Shown one piece after another: positions 17,626-25,661 of a stretch of DNA of 25,662 nucleotides (its first letter is position 1; every line of letters starts with the position of its first letter). The position numbers and the translations under genes are program-made. The stretch is from an uncultured Bacteroidaceae bacterium. Its GTDB lineage: Bacteria > Bacteroidota > Bacteroidia > Bacteroidales > GCA-2748055. The notes below the pieces were generated by a model. That model did no database searches, was not told the origin of the DNA, and worked only from the letters and a program-made list of their open reading frames with translations. The stretch lies in the NCBI GenBank assembly GCA_964589155.1, contig CAZPTO010000001.1, positions 1 to 25,662 of the forward strand. Reading direction: 5' to 3'.

Positions 17626-18324
17626 ATGGATGTTTTTTATCAACCAGATATTCAAAATGGTGAACTTTTGCTTGATCCCGCAGAAGCGAATCATTGTGTA
17701 GGTGTGATGCGTCATAAAACAGGCGACCGGATCAATATAATTGATGGCAGAGGCGGATATTACGAAGCTGAACTGTTAAATGAGGACCGCAAAGCCTGTC
17801 GTGTCAGGATCGTTTCACGCAAGGAGCATATTCCTCCAATTCCTTATAAATTGCATATTGCGATTGCCCCGCCCAAAAGTATGGACCGGTTTGAGTTTTT
17901 TGTGGAAAAGGCCACAGAGATTGGGGTGACAAGCATAACACCTGTAATTTGTCAGCGCTCTGAAAGAAGAAAACTACGCACAGACCGTGTTCAGAAAGTG
18001 GCAATCGCAGCGATCAAACAATCTGGGAAAGCCTATCTTCCCGAGATCAGGGAAATGGAGGCATTTCATCATTGGATATCCGGGGATCGTGCCGGTGCAA
18101 AATATATCGCACACTGCATGGACAGCGAACGAACTGAATTGTGGCATGTGCCGCATACTGAGGAGAATTGGATACTGATCGGACCTGAAGGGGATTTCAC
18201 CGAAGCGGAGACTTCTGAAGCAATTTCATGTGGCTTTCAGCCAGTATCGCTTGGGCGACATACACTCAGAACCGAGACGGCAGGAATTGTAGTGTGCTCC
18301 TCGTTTTATGTAAAGATGCAATAA
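17626..18324 (+). CDS. rsmE: 16S rRNA m3U1498 methyltransferase RsmE (232 aa)
   Basis: EANHCVGVMRH..GD, FFVEKATEIGV, AAIKQS, ILIGPEGDF, SLGRHTLRTETAG. Confidence 0.95.
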   Translation: MDVFYQPDIQNGELLLDPAEANHCVGVMRHKTGDRINIIDGRGGYYEAELLNEDRKACRVRIVSRKEHIPPIPYKLHIAIAPPKSMDRFEFFVEKATEIGVTSITPVICQRSERRKLRTDRVQKVAIAAIKQSGKAYLPEIREMEAFHHWISGDRAGAKYIAHCMDSERTELWHVPHTEENWILIGPEGDFTEAETSEAISCGFQPVSLGRHTLRTETAGIVVCSSFYVKMQ

Positions 18325-18325
18325 T

Positions 18326-18358
18326 AAAAAAAACCGCCCGGGGGCGGTTTGTTGTTTT
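18326..18358. terminator. Bidirectional intrinsic terminator between rsmE and the small-protein gene
   Basis: AAACCGCCC (18331-18339) pairs with GGGCGGTTT (18342-18350). An A8 run on the left gives a U-tract for the minus strand; TTTGTTGTTTT lies on the right. Confidence 0.85.
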
Positions 18359-18545
18359 ATACTTCTAATCTTTCCATTGTCTTTTTTACCAGATCAACCC
18401 CGGGATCGACCTCCAGAAGGTTCAGAAAGGCGGTGTAGTGCTCATCTTTCAGAATGTTTTCTTGATATGGAGTTAGAAGCATACCTGACGGTTTATTTAA
18501 GTCATCCACCAGATAAATAAGCGTAGAGGTTCCTGTCATAGGCAA
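18357..18545 (-). CDS. Small hypothetical protein (60-62 aa) downstream of the ECF sigma gene
   Basis: Fills the gap between the sigma gene and a strong terminator on the same strand, with protein-like composition. Start is TTG 18545 or ATG 18539. Confidence 0.6.
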   Translation of the reverse strand: MPMTGTSTLIYLVDDLNKPSGMLLTPYQENILKDEHYTAFLNLLEVDPGVDLVKKTMERLEV

Positions 18546-18627
18546 ACATTGGTTTGGTTTATCAAGATGATAACGCCAGTGTTTGCCCGATTATTGTATG
18601 CTATTTACAATTTATGAAGCAGTGCGC

Positions 18628-19218
18628 TTATGAGGCTGTCAGGATCAGGTTGCGTTCGGTAATCATTTTGCGCAAATTGATCAATGCATATCTCATTCTG
18701 CCCAGCGCAGTATTGATGCTTACGCCAGTATGATCGGCAATTTCCTTAAAGCTCAAGCCTCCAAAATGCCGCAGCAAGACTACCTCGCGCTGATCGTCAG
18801 GCAATTCGTTAATCAGTTTTCTCAGGTCCTTCCTGATCTGACTGCTCACCAGCAATTGCTCAATATTATCCTCTGCAAGCTTTTTGCTGTTAAAAAGATC
18901 CATTTCTGTATCGTCATTGGAGACCGAGTTCATCTGCTTTTCCTTCCTGAAATGATCGATGATCAGGTTGTGCGCAATGCGGATTACCCAGGAGAGAAAT
19001 CTTCCATTGTCACGGTATTTCCCTCTCCTCAGTGACTGAATCACCTTAATAAAAGTCTCCTGGAACAGATCTTCTGCCAGGGATTGATTTTTTATGGTAA
19101 GCAGAATATAGGTGTAAACCTTTGTCCTGTGTCGATTTATCAACGTCTCAATACAAGTTTCATCACCATTGAGGAACGCTTGCACCAACTGCTGGTCGCT
19201 CAGTTTTTCTGTTTTCAA
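18628..19218 (-). CDS. RNA polymerase sigma-70 factor, ECF subfamily (196 aa)
   Basis: Region 2: AEDLFQETFIKV...RFLSWVIRIAHNLIIDHFRK. Region 4: LPDDQREVVLLRHFGGLSFKEIADHTGVSINTALGRMRYALINLRK. TTG start. Confidence 0.93.
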   Translation of the reverse strand: MKTEKLSDQQLVQAFLNGDETCIETLINRHRTKVYTYILLTIKNQSLAEDLFQETFIKVIQSLRRGKYRDNGRFLSWVIRIAHNLIIDHFRKEKQMNSVSNDDTEMDLFNSKKLAEDNIEQLLVSSQIRKDLRKLINELPDDQREVVLLRHFGGLSFKEIADHTGVSINTALGRMRYALINLRKMITERNLILTAS

Positions 19219-19329
19219 AGCTAATCTAGTATTGGTTCAGCGTACAGGTGTTTCGATAGGCTCTTTTTTTAATGATTACTTGTATATAATTTGCAAATAA
19301 GCGAAAAAATTTCTTTTTACAAAATGTAT

Positions 19330-19337
19330 TACATTTG
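19330..19337 (+). promoter_or_regulatory. -7 promoter box for uvrA
   Basis: Exact TACATTTG ending 47 nt upstream of the ATG at 19384. Confidence 0.55.
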
Positions 19338-19383
19338 TTTCTCGTTTGTTTCTCTCTAATTGTTATTAAAATCAACAAATATT

Positions 19384-22176
19384 ATGCCAACGATTTCTGA
19401 TCAGGAAATTTTTGTTAAAGGAGCAAGGGTGCATAATCTGAAGAACATTGATGTTACCATCCCACGCGACCAGCTGGTAGTGGTTACAGGAGTTTCCGGG
19501 TCAGGAAAGTCTTCACTTGCATTTGATACTTTATATGCTGAGGGTCAACGTCGTTACGTTGAAAGCCTTTCTGCATATGCCCGTCAGTTCCTGGGAAGAC
19601 TGGATAAGCCAGATGTGGATTATATTCACGGAATTCCTCCTGCAGTGGCCATCGAACAGAAAGTGAACACGAGGAATCCACGGTCCACCGTAGGTACTTC
19701 GACAGAGATATATGATTATCTGAAACTATTGTTTGCACGAATTGGAAGGACGATTTCACCTGTTTCCGGACACGAAGTGAAGAAACACAGCGTATCCGAT
19801 GTCGTGGACAGTATCCTGGAATTTGAGGACGGAAAGAAGCTTGTAATACTGGCGACAGTATGCCTGCAGGCAGACAGGGATCTGAATTACCAGCTCGGCA
19901 TACTTGCACAGCAGGGGATGACACGTGCCTTAAAGGGGAACAATATGATTGGCGTGGAAGAACTTGCCAGGGACGATGCTTTTCTTAGCAGTGGTATTGT
20001 CCAGCTGGTAATAGACCGCGTGATCGTTTCCCCGGATGAAGACAATATCAGTCGCATCGGTGATAGTGTTCAGACCGCTTTCCAGGTAGGACACGGTTAT
20101 TGCAAGGTCTGGGATCCGGCGGAAGAAAAATCCCGGGATTTTTCGACAAGGTTCGAGCTTGATGGTATTACTTTCGAGGAGCCGACGGAACACCTGTTCA
20201 GTTTCAATAATCCGCTCGGGGCTTGTCCTGTTTGCGAGGGATATGGAATGGTAATCGGCATAGATGAAGACCTGGTTGTTCCCAATAAGGAAATTTCTGT
20301 GTATGATGATGCGATTGTATGCTGGAAAGGGGAAAAGATGAAGCGATGGAAAGAAAAGCTGGTCATGCACGCAGATGCATTTGATTTTCCCATTCACCAG
20401 CCCTATTACAAGCTCAGTGATGAACAGCGCATGCTATTATGGAGCGGGAACAGGTATTTTAAGGGATTAAACAAGTTTTTTGAACACCTTGAAAAGAAGA
20501 AATATAAAATCCAGTACCGGGTCATGTTATCCAGGTACAGGGGAAAAACCACCTGTTATGAATGCGGCGGTTCCAGGCTGCGCAAGGAGGCAATGTATGT
20601 AAAGATCCATGACAGGACCATTTCAGAACTGGTACAGATGCCGGTTTCCGCCTTACTCAGTTTTTTTGAACGTTTTAAACCTGATTCACATGAACAGGAG
20701 ATCTCGGGCAGGTTGATTTCTGAGATCGGTTCCAGGCTTCGTTTTCTGAATAATGTGGGATTGACATACCTTACCCTGAACCGCCTTTCATCTACGCTAT
20801 CCGGAGGAGAGAGTCAGCGGATTAACCTCGCCACCTCCTTAGGCAGCAGCCTGGTAGGCTCCTTGTATATCCTGGACGAGCCCAGTATTGGACTACACCC
20901 CCGTGATACCGGCAGGCTTATAGAGGTACTGAGGGAATTGAAGGAACTGGGAAATACGGTACTGGTTGTTGAACACGATGAAGAGATCATGAATGCTGCA
21001 GATATGATTATTGATATGGGCCCGGAAGCAGGGAGGCATGGTGGAGAATTAGTCTTCCAGGGCAATCACCAGGAGTTGCTGGCTGCACCGAAAGGACTAA
21101 CGGCCGAATACCTGAATGGAACCCGTTCCATAGAATTGCCCCGGCAGCGACGTAAGTGGAACAATTACCTGGAAGTACTGGGATGCAGGGAGAACAACCT
21201 GAAGTCAGTGGATATCAAGGTGCCGTTACAGGTCATGACCGTAATTAGCGGGGTGAGCGGATCCGGAAAATCATCATTTGTAAAGGATATCTTTTTTCCT
21301 TTGCTGTCCCGGAAACTGAACGGTGCAGGTGAGAAGCCGGGCAAGCATGACCTGTTCCGGGGAGATATACACATGCTGGACCAGGTGGAGTTTGTGGATC
21401 AGAACCCAATAGGTAGATCATCCCGATCCAACCCGGTCACTTATCTGAAGGCATATGATGAAGTAAGAAAATTGTTTGCAGATCAGCAGGCATCCAAAAA
21501 CCAGGGGTTCAAAGCTTCTCATTTTTCCTTCAATGTTGATGGTGGCCGATGCGAGGAGTGTAACGGGGAAGGTGAGATACTGGTGGAAATGCAATTCATG
21601 GCCGATGTCCACCTCGTTTGCGAACAATGTGGTGGAAAACGGTTTAAGGATGAGATTTTGGACGTTCGGTTTCAGGAAAAAAACATCTATGATGTACTGG
21701 ATATGACTGTTAATGAGGCAATTGAATTTTTCGGAAAGGAGACCTCCGGATTCCCGTTAAAAATTGCCAGGAAGCTACAGCCATTGCAGGATGTCGGACT
21801 GGGTTATATCAAGCTGGGCCAGTCTTCGAGCACTCTGAGTGGAGGCGAAAGTCAGCGGGTGAAACTGGCGTATTTCCTGAGCAGGGAATCAAATGAATCG
21901 AAAGTTATTTTTATTTTTGATGAACCGACAACCGGGCTGCATTTTCACGACATATCCATGCTGCTTTCAGCTTTTAATGCTTTGATTTCCAATGGACATA
22001 CGGTACTGATCATCGAACATAACCTGGAAGTGATCAAGTCGGCAGACTGGCTTATTGAGTTGGGACCGGGAGGTGGGGAAGAGGGTGGATCGGTCATTTT
22101 CACAGGTACACCCGAGGAGATCATTGCTGTCTCCGACTCACCTACAGGGAGCTATCTGAAACAAAAGATAAAATAA
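19384..22176 (+). CDS. uvrA: Excinuclease ABC subunit A (about 930 aa)
   Basis: [12 protein letters not shown], two Walker A motifs [27 protein letters not shown], two LSGGESQR signatures, zinc fingers CPVC...CYEC and CEEC...[12 protein letters not shown] and DEPTTGLH. Start placed at ATG 19384. Confidence 0.97.
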   Translation: MPTISDQEIFVKGARVHNLKNIDVTIPRDQLVVVTGVSGSGKSSLAFDTLYAEGQRRYVESLSAYARQFLGRLDKPDVDYIHGIPPAVAIEQKVNTRNPRSTVGTSTEIYDYLKLLFARIGRTISPVSGHEVKKHSVSDVVDSILEFEDGKKLVILATVCLQADRDLNYQLGILAQQGMTRALKGNNMIGVEELARDDAFLSSGIVQLVIDRVIVSPDEDNISRIGDSVQTAFQVGHGYCKVWDPAEEKSRDFSTRFELDGITFEEPTEHLFSFNNPLGACPVCEGYGMVIGIDEDLVVPNKEISVYDDAIVCWKGEKMKRWKEKLVMHADAFDFPIHQPYYKLSDEQRMLLWSGNRYFKGLNKFFEHLEKKKYKIQYRVMLSRYRGKTTCYECGGSRLRKEAMYVKIHDRTISELVQMPVSALLSFFERFKPDSHEQEISGRLISEIGSRLRFLNNVGLTYLTLNRLSSTLSGGESQRINLATSLGSSLVGSLYILDEPSIGLHPRDTGRLIEVLRELKELGNTVLVVEHDEEIMNAADMIIDMGPEAGRHGGELVFQGNHQELLAAPKGLTAEYLNGTRSIELPRQRRKWNNYLEVLGCRENNLKSVDIKVPLQVMTVISGVSGSGKSSFVKDIFFPLLSRKLNGAGEKPGKHDLFRGDIHMLDQVEFVDQNPIGRSSRSNPVTYLKAYDEVRKLFADQQASKNQGFKASHFSFNVDGGRCEECNGEGEILVEMQFMADVHLVCEQCGGKRFKDEILDVRFQEKNIYDVLDMTVNEAIEFFGKETSGFPLKIARKLQPLQDVGLGYIKLGQSSSTLSGGESQRVKLAYFLSRESNESKVIFIFDEPTTGLHFHDISMLLSAFNALISNGHTVLIIEHNLEVIKSADWLIELGPGGGEEGGSVIFTGTPEEIIAVSDSPTGSYLKQKIK

Positions 22177-22205
22177 AAAGCCGGACATTGGCCCGGCTCA
22201 TTTTG
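22175..22205. terminator. Possible bidirectional terminator between uvrA and the 147-aa gene
   Basis: AGCCGG (22179-22184) pairs with CCGGCT (22193-22198), with an A run on the left and CATTTT on the right. The stem is short. Confidence 0.55.
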
Positions 22206-22225
22206 AGTAGAAATCGTTTTGGAAA

Positions 22226-22669
22226 TCAGTCATCTTTGAACCCAAACATAATAGCCACACATCCTTCTGCGGGTTCTTCTATATTCCCATCTGCAACAGG
22301 TACCTTTACAACGATTTTAAGTTGCTGGCTTGATTCCAGGCGAAAGTCCCATTTCCATTCAAAATCTTCGTACCTGTTGTTGTAGAGAACCTTGCCATTG
22401 CTGTCAACAATCTTAAACTCAATATCACTCAGGTTGCCTGCTCCACATACCCCGATCCGGTAGTCAGTATCGGAATAAAAAGTCTTGTACAGTTCAGCTT
22501 CTTCGCCTTCAATCAAAAGCGCAGCATGGTAGTTGCCATCATGCTGATAGGGGGTCAGCCCGACTTTACATATTTTTTTTGCAAATTGCTTACATTGTGC
22601 ATTTGCAGATGTTGGCAATGATACCAAAAGTGCAACAAGAGATACTAGAAGTATGCCTTTTCTCATCAT
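22226..22669 (-). CDS. Secreted hypothetical protein (147 aa), predicted beta-sandwich, 4 Cys
   Basis: Signal peptide MMRKGILLVSLVALLVSLPTSANA|Q followed by alternating beta-strand patterns. Starts 10 nt after the lipoprotein stop. Confidence 0.82.
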   Translation of the reverse strand: MMRKGILLVSLVALLVSLPTSANAQCKQFAKKICKVGLTPYQHDGNYHAALLIEGEEAELYKTFYSDTDYRIGVCGAGNLSDIEFKIVDSNGKVLYNNRYEDFEWKWDFRLESSQQLKIVVKVPVADGNIEEPAEGCVAIMFGFKDD

Positions 22670-22679
22670 GATATTACAT

Positions 22680-23609
22680 TTAGGATATATAGCTGTTTCT
22701 TAAATCTGTTATTTTATTTACAAGCTCGTCAAAAACCGGTTTTGTAAGGTTGTGCGATGAACTTGATTTCAGAGTTGTTACGTTGGTCTCTGGGTCTACC
22801 ACGGGAGTATTTTCTCCCAGTGTGATCTCGATTTTATCAAAGGTCGTCTTCAGGTTTTGAACATCTGCCAACACTTTACCTGCATCCGGATCATCTTCAG
22901 CTTCTTTCAACAGTTTAATCATGAAATCAACCGATAATTTCTGATCAATAATACGTTCAACAATCTTGTTGTTCTCGATAGGATCATTTCCCACCTGCTG
23001 CGTGGCAATATAAAGCCCTTCGACCCAGCCGCCGACGAGAATGATCGTGGCCGTGCTTTCAAGGCCGCGTTCCTTCAGATACGAACTGGAGTTCAATAAT
23101 GTTTCAGAAATGATATCAATAATGATCTCCCTGTTATTGATATTGTCCTCAAGGCGCTGGATGGTTTCTTCATTGATCGCGTCAAGAATATTCAGTCCGT
23201 CAGCCATATTTTTTGCCGCCTCAATATAACTGAGCGTTGCCTGGGACTGGTCAAAAAGACTGGCATAGCTAAGGTCAGTCGTGTAGATCCCGAGGTTCAG
23301 TGCCATGTCAAGGTTGGTGATATATCCCGACTGATTTTGAATGGGATTTAACAGGCTTTCATCGTATGTAGCTCCGGCACTGTGTAGTATCTTTGCCGTT
23401 TCAATAGGTGAGGGCAAGGAATAGAAGATGCGTTTGGCAGTTTGCAATTTCTGCTGCGTTTCATCATCCATTACAGCCATGAATTCCTCCTCTTCAGCAT
23501 TTCCATCACTGGCTTTTTTGGTTCCGGAATTGCAGCCGCTGACACCGGCAGCAAGGAATAAGGTAAGGAGCATCAAAACTTTTCCGGAATCTAGAAGATT
23601 TTTATTCAT
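22680..23609 (-). CDS. Hypothetical alpha-helical lipoprotein (309 aa)
   Basis: Hydrophobic signal with lipobox VSG|C (Cys26), amphipathic helical patterns, and a conserved-looking ALNLGIYTTDLSYA / GGWVEGLYIA core. Confidence 0.85.
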   Translation of the reverse strand: MNKNLLDSGKVLMLLTLFLAAGVSGCNSGTKKASDGNAEEEEFMAVMDDETQQKLQTAKRIFYSLPSPIETAKILHSAGATYDESLLNPIQNQSGYITNLDMALNLGIYTTDLSYASLFDQSQATLSYIEAAKNMADGLNILDAINEETIQRLEDNINNREIIIDIISETLLNSSSYLKERGLESTATIILVGGWVEGLYIATQQVGNDPIENNKIVERIIDQKLSVDFMIKLLKEAEDDPDAGKVLADVQNLKTTFDKIEITLGENTPVVDPETNVTTLKSSSSHNLTKPVFDELVNKITDLRNSYIS

Positions 23610-23808
23610 AGGGATTTGGTTTAGTTTTTCTGATCTAGGACTTCTTAGTGAAGTAAAATTAACACTTTTTTTTTAATTTCAAAAAGCAGTTAAGTGCCCT
23701 CAGACACCAATAAACACAATGGTTTCAGTAACAAAGGGATGGGAATGAAATGGGACACCTGTCTGTAATTATCTCATTATTTCACTCCGTCCGGCGGCAC
23801 TGATGAAG

Positions 23809-23839
23809 AAAAAAAAACCACAGAAAATTTTCTGTGGTT
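23809..23839 (-). terminator. Intrinsic terminator after the MORN-repeat gene
   Basis: Perfect 24-bp palindrome AACCACAGAAAATTTTCTGTGGTT (23816-23839). On the minus strand the stem runs into a 9-nt T tract (A 23809-23817). Confidence 0.82.
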
Positions 23840-23863
23840 ATCAAAATCAATATGTTATATGAT

Positions 23864-24298
23864 TCAATACGCCCTCGAGGTGATCAGCTCCCCATGCTCA
23901 CTCCATGAATACCAGGTGCCGGTTCTTTTTCCATTTTCATAATGCATCTCTGCACGCCTGGTACCGTTGGAATCCCAGATAACCCATTTGCCGTGTTTTT
24001 GATCCTCCTTGTAATTGGCGATAGCTATAAGGTTTTCATTTTCATCATATTGCAACCATGTTCCGTCCAGCTTTCCCTGCTCGAAAGACCTTACCTCTGT
24101 TAATTTACCATTATCGGAAAGTAATTTGTACACACCATCCAGTGTCCCGGCATTCATTTCCTGGAACTGGCTCGCCAGCAGCGTCTGCTCCGGTTTTCCA
24201 TTATTTACATCATTACTTGCAAGGATCTCATCGGTATTCTGCTGTGCATACAATGTTCCTGCCAGGAAGATTAATGCGATTGCGTATAGTGTTTTCAT
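23864..24298 (-). CDS. Secreted MORN-variant repeat protein (YwqK-like), 144 aa
   Basis: Signal peptide MKTLYAIALIFLAGTLYA|Q and four repeats with a 24-aa period: GVYKLLSDNGKL.., GTWLQYDENENL.., GKWVIWDSNGTR.., GTWYSWSEHGEL. Confidence 0.85.
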   Translation of the reverse strand: MKTLYAIALIFLAGTLYAQQNTDEILASNDVNNGKPEQTLLASQFQEMNAGTLDGVYKLLSDNGKLTEVRSFEQGKLDGTWLQYDENENLIAIANYKEDQKHGKWVIWDSNGTRRAEMHYENGKRTGTWYSWSEHGELITSRAY

Positions 24299-24332
24299 GA
24301 CAGTATCATGTTTAGTGTACCTGTGTTAACGT

Positions 24333-24340
24333 CAAAGTTA
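24333..24340 (-). promoter_or_regulatory. -7 promoter box for the MORN-repeat gene
   Basis: Exact TAACTTTG on the minus strand, 35 nt upstream of the ATG at 24298. Confidence 0.55.
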
Positions 24341-24421
24341 AGAAAAAGTTAACAAATCTTTGTAACTTCCAATGTTAAATTTTTAAATATTTTTATAAAT
24401 ATCAGAAATACAATTAAATAC

Positions 24422-24443
24422 AACTTAACATTAACTTAACATT
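24422..24443. repeat. Perfect 11-bp tandem repeat (AACTTAACATT)x2
   Basis: Positions 24422-24432 and 24433-24443 are identical. Confidence 0.8.
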
Positions 24444-24470
24444 CAGCCTTTGTTCCGGGCGATTTTAGAT

Positions 24471-25139
24471 TTATTTATTGCGCGGTTGTGAGCGGTCTTT
24501 ACGCGCTTGTGTGTGATAGTACTTGCAGACATGGGTCAGTCCACAGGAGGCGCACTTTGGTTTCCTGGCAAGACAGACATACCTTCCATGGAGTATGAGC
24601 CAGTGATGTGCTTTGTGAACCAGTTCTTCAGGAATGTATTTGAGCAGTTGTAATTCAGTATCAAGGGGAGTTTTCGATCCGGTGGTTAATCCTATCCTGG
24701 CAGCTACCCTGAAAACATGGGTATCCACTGCCATTGCCGGTTGCTGATATGCCACCGAAAGAATCACATTGGCTGTTTTTCTTCCGACCCCCGGGAGTTT
24801 CCGGAGGTCTTCCAGGTTGTCGGGAACGGATCCGGAAAATTCACTGACAAGCGTCCGCGCCATTCCCACAAGATGCTTTGCCTTGTTGTTGGGATAGGAA
24901 CAGCTTTTGATATATTCATATACCTCTTCAGGTTCGTGGTTCGCCAGGATATCTGCACTAGGAAACTTTTTGAAGAAGGTATTTGTGATGATGTTCACAC
25001 GTTTATCTGTGCATTGGGCAGAAAGGATCACTGCTACAATCAATTCATATGTGTCCCGGTATTCCAGTTCTGTCTCAGCAATGGGCATATGTGTTTCGAA
25101 ATAGCCGATCACCTCCTCATATAATTGTGCTTTTCTCAT
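24471..25139 (-). CDS. nth: Endonuclease III (222 aa)
   Basis: LIVAVILSAQCTDKRVN, HhH motif LPGVGRKTANV, AVDTHVFRV, HHWLILHGR, and [4Fe-4S] motif CLARKPKCASCGLTHVC (C-x6-C-x2-C-x5-C). Confidence 0.97.
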   Translation of the reverse strand: MRKAQLYEEVIGYFETHMPIAETELEYRDTYELIVAVILSAQCTDKRVNIITNTFFKKFPSADILANHEPEEVYEYIKSCSYPNNKAKHLVGMARTLVSEFSGSVPDNLEDLRKLPGVGRKTANVILSVAYQQPAMAVDTHVFRVAARIGLTTGSKTPLDTELQLLKYIPEELVHKAHHWLILHGRYVCLARKPKCASCGLTHVCKYYHTQARKDRSQPRNK

Positions 25140-25265
25140 TTCTTCAGCCGTCCTTCCCGTAAATTAGAAAACAGTGTGTTCAATTGAACTTTAATATATA
25201 TCTATAACAAAGATGTCTAATAAATTTAAGAAATGAATAAAAAAACACTGTCATTGCTTATAATC

Positions 25266-25297
25266 TTTGTATTTATAAATATTTATAACTAGGTTTG
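25266..25297 (+). promoter_or_regulatory. Consensus Bacteroidetes promoter driving the leader/attenuator
   Basis: TTTG (25266-25269), 20-nt spacer, TAGGTTTG (25290-25297): an exact match to TTTG-N19-21-TAnnTTTG. Confidence 0.75.
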
Positions 25298-25309
25298 CAG
25301 CAGAATACA

Positions 25310-25360
25310 ATGAAGACAACTTTCGGTGCATATTATTTCTATTTTTTTGATCTCAGGTAA
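25310..25360 (+). CDS. Putative Phe/Tyr leader peptide MKTTFGAYYFYFFDLR (16 aa)
   Basis: ATG at 25310 in an A-rich context with A at -3. Codons 8-13 are TAT TAT TTC TAT TTT TTT; stop TAA at 25358-25360. Confidence 0.65.
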   Translation: MKTTFGAYYFYFFDLR

Positions 25361-25385
25361 TGTGGTCGGGATAGATTTATGGATG

Positions 25386-25416
25386 TACCCGGCGCATGCG
25401 TCGGGTATTTTTGTTT
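25386..25416 (+). terminator. Attenuator terminator hairpin
   Basis: TACCCGGCG (25386-25394) pairs with CGTCGGGTA (25399-25407), with one G-U pair and a CATG loop, followed by TTTTTGTTT. Confidence 0.75.
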
Positions 25417-25622
25417 ACGGACTTTTTTGCCGGAATTATTGTCATTCATAAAGATGTATAATAATTTTGATGCTAATTTGAACAGGCATGAAACCCTCAT
25501 CATTGGGCATGGTAATCTCAGCGGAGCAATGACAAAAGTGCGTGTATATATTGCGCGAAGTGCAAGGAGAAGTGATGAAGATTACACATAGCATAATAAT
25601 TTTTAAAGGTATTGACTCCGTC

Positions 25623-25661
25623 GAGCTCCACTGCGTTCCGGTTCGTGAGCTCACTGCGTTC
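25623..25661. repeat. Short imperfect direct repeat GAGCTC(C)ACTGCGTTC x2, REP-like, cut by the window edge
   Basis: GAGCTCCACTGCGTTC (25623-25638) and GAGCTCACTGCGTTC (25647-25661); each copy begins with the palindrome GAGCTC. Confidence 0.5.

Noticed and set aside
17572-17715. N-terminal extension of the metallophosphoesterase
   Set aside because: It overlaps rsmE, and the family motif begins right at MKIGVLSDTHG (17571).
19219-19383. SOS box upstream of uvrA
   Set aside because: I found no CTGT-N8-ACAG, GAAC-N4-GTTC, GGA-N5-TCC or CTAA-N5-TTAG match.
137-22385. Many 60-160 aa ORFs overlapping long genes (e.g. 137-496, 1747-2220, 5960-6400, 7201-7614, 19484-19924, 19930-20397)
   Set aside because: They are antisense or alternate-frame shadows of confidently identified genes and show no recognisable motifs.
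23690-23735. Short imperfect hairpin (ACCA-ATAAACACAA-TGGT) as a recombination or dif-like site
   Set aside because: The stem is only 4-7 bp and does not match the XerC/XerD dif consensus.
23864-24298. Toxin-antitoxin system (YwqK antitoxin)
   Set aside because: There is no adjacent toxin, and the gene has a signal peptide and appears to be its own transcription unit.
25529-25600. Degenerate GIY-YIG nuclease start (MTK.. / CVYILR across a frameshift)
   Set aside because: Only VYIL matches; the second Y-x-G motif and the downstream Arg are absent.
25379-25654. The 70-aa ORFs 25379-25591 (+) and 25442-25654 (-) as full genes
   Set aside because: The plus ORF starts just before the terminator hairpin and reads through it; the minus ORF runs through the repeat. 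Neither has recognisable motifs.
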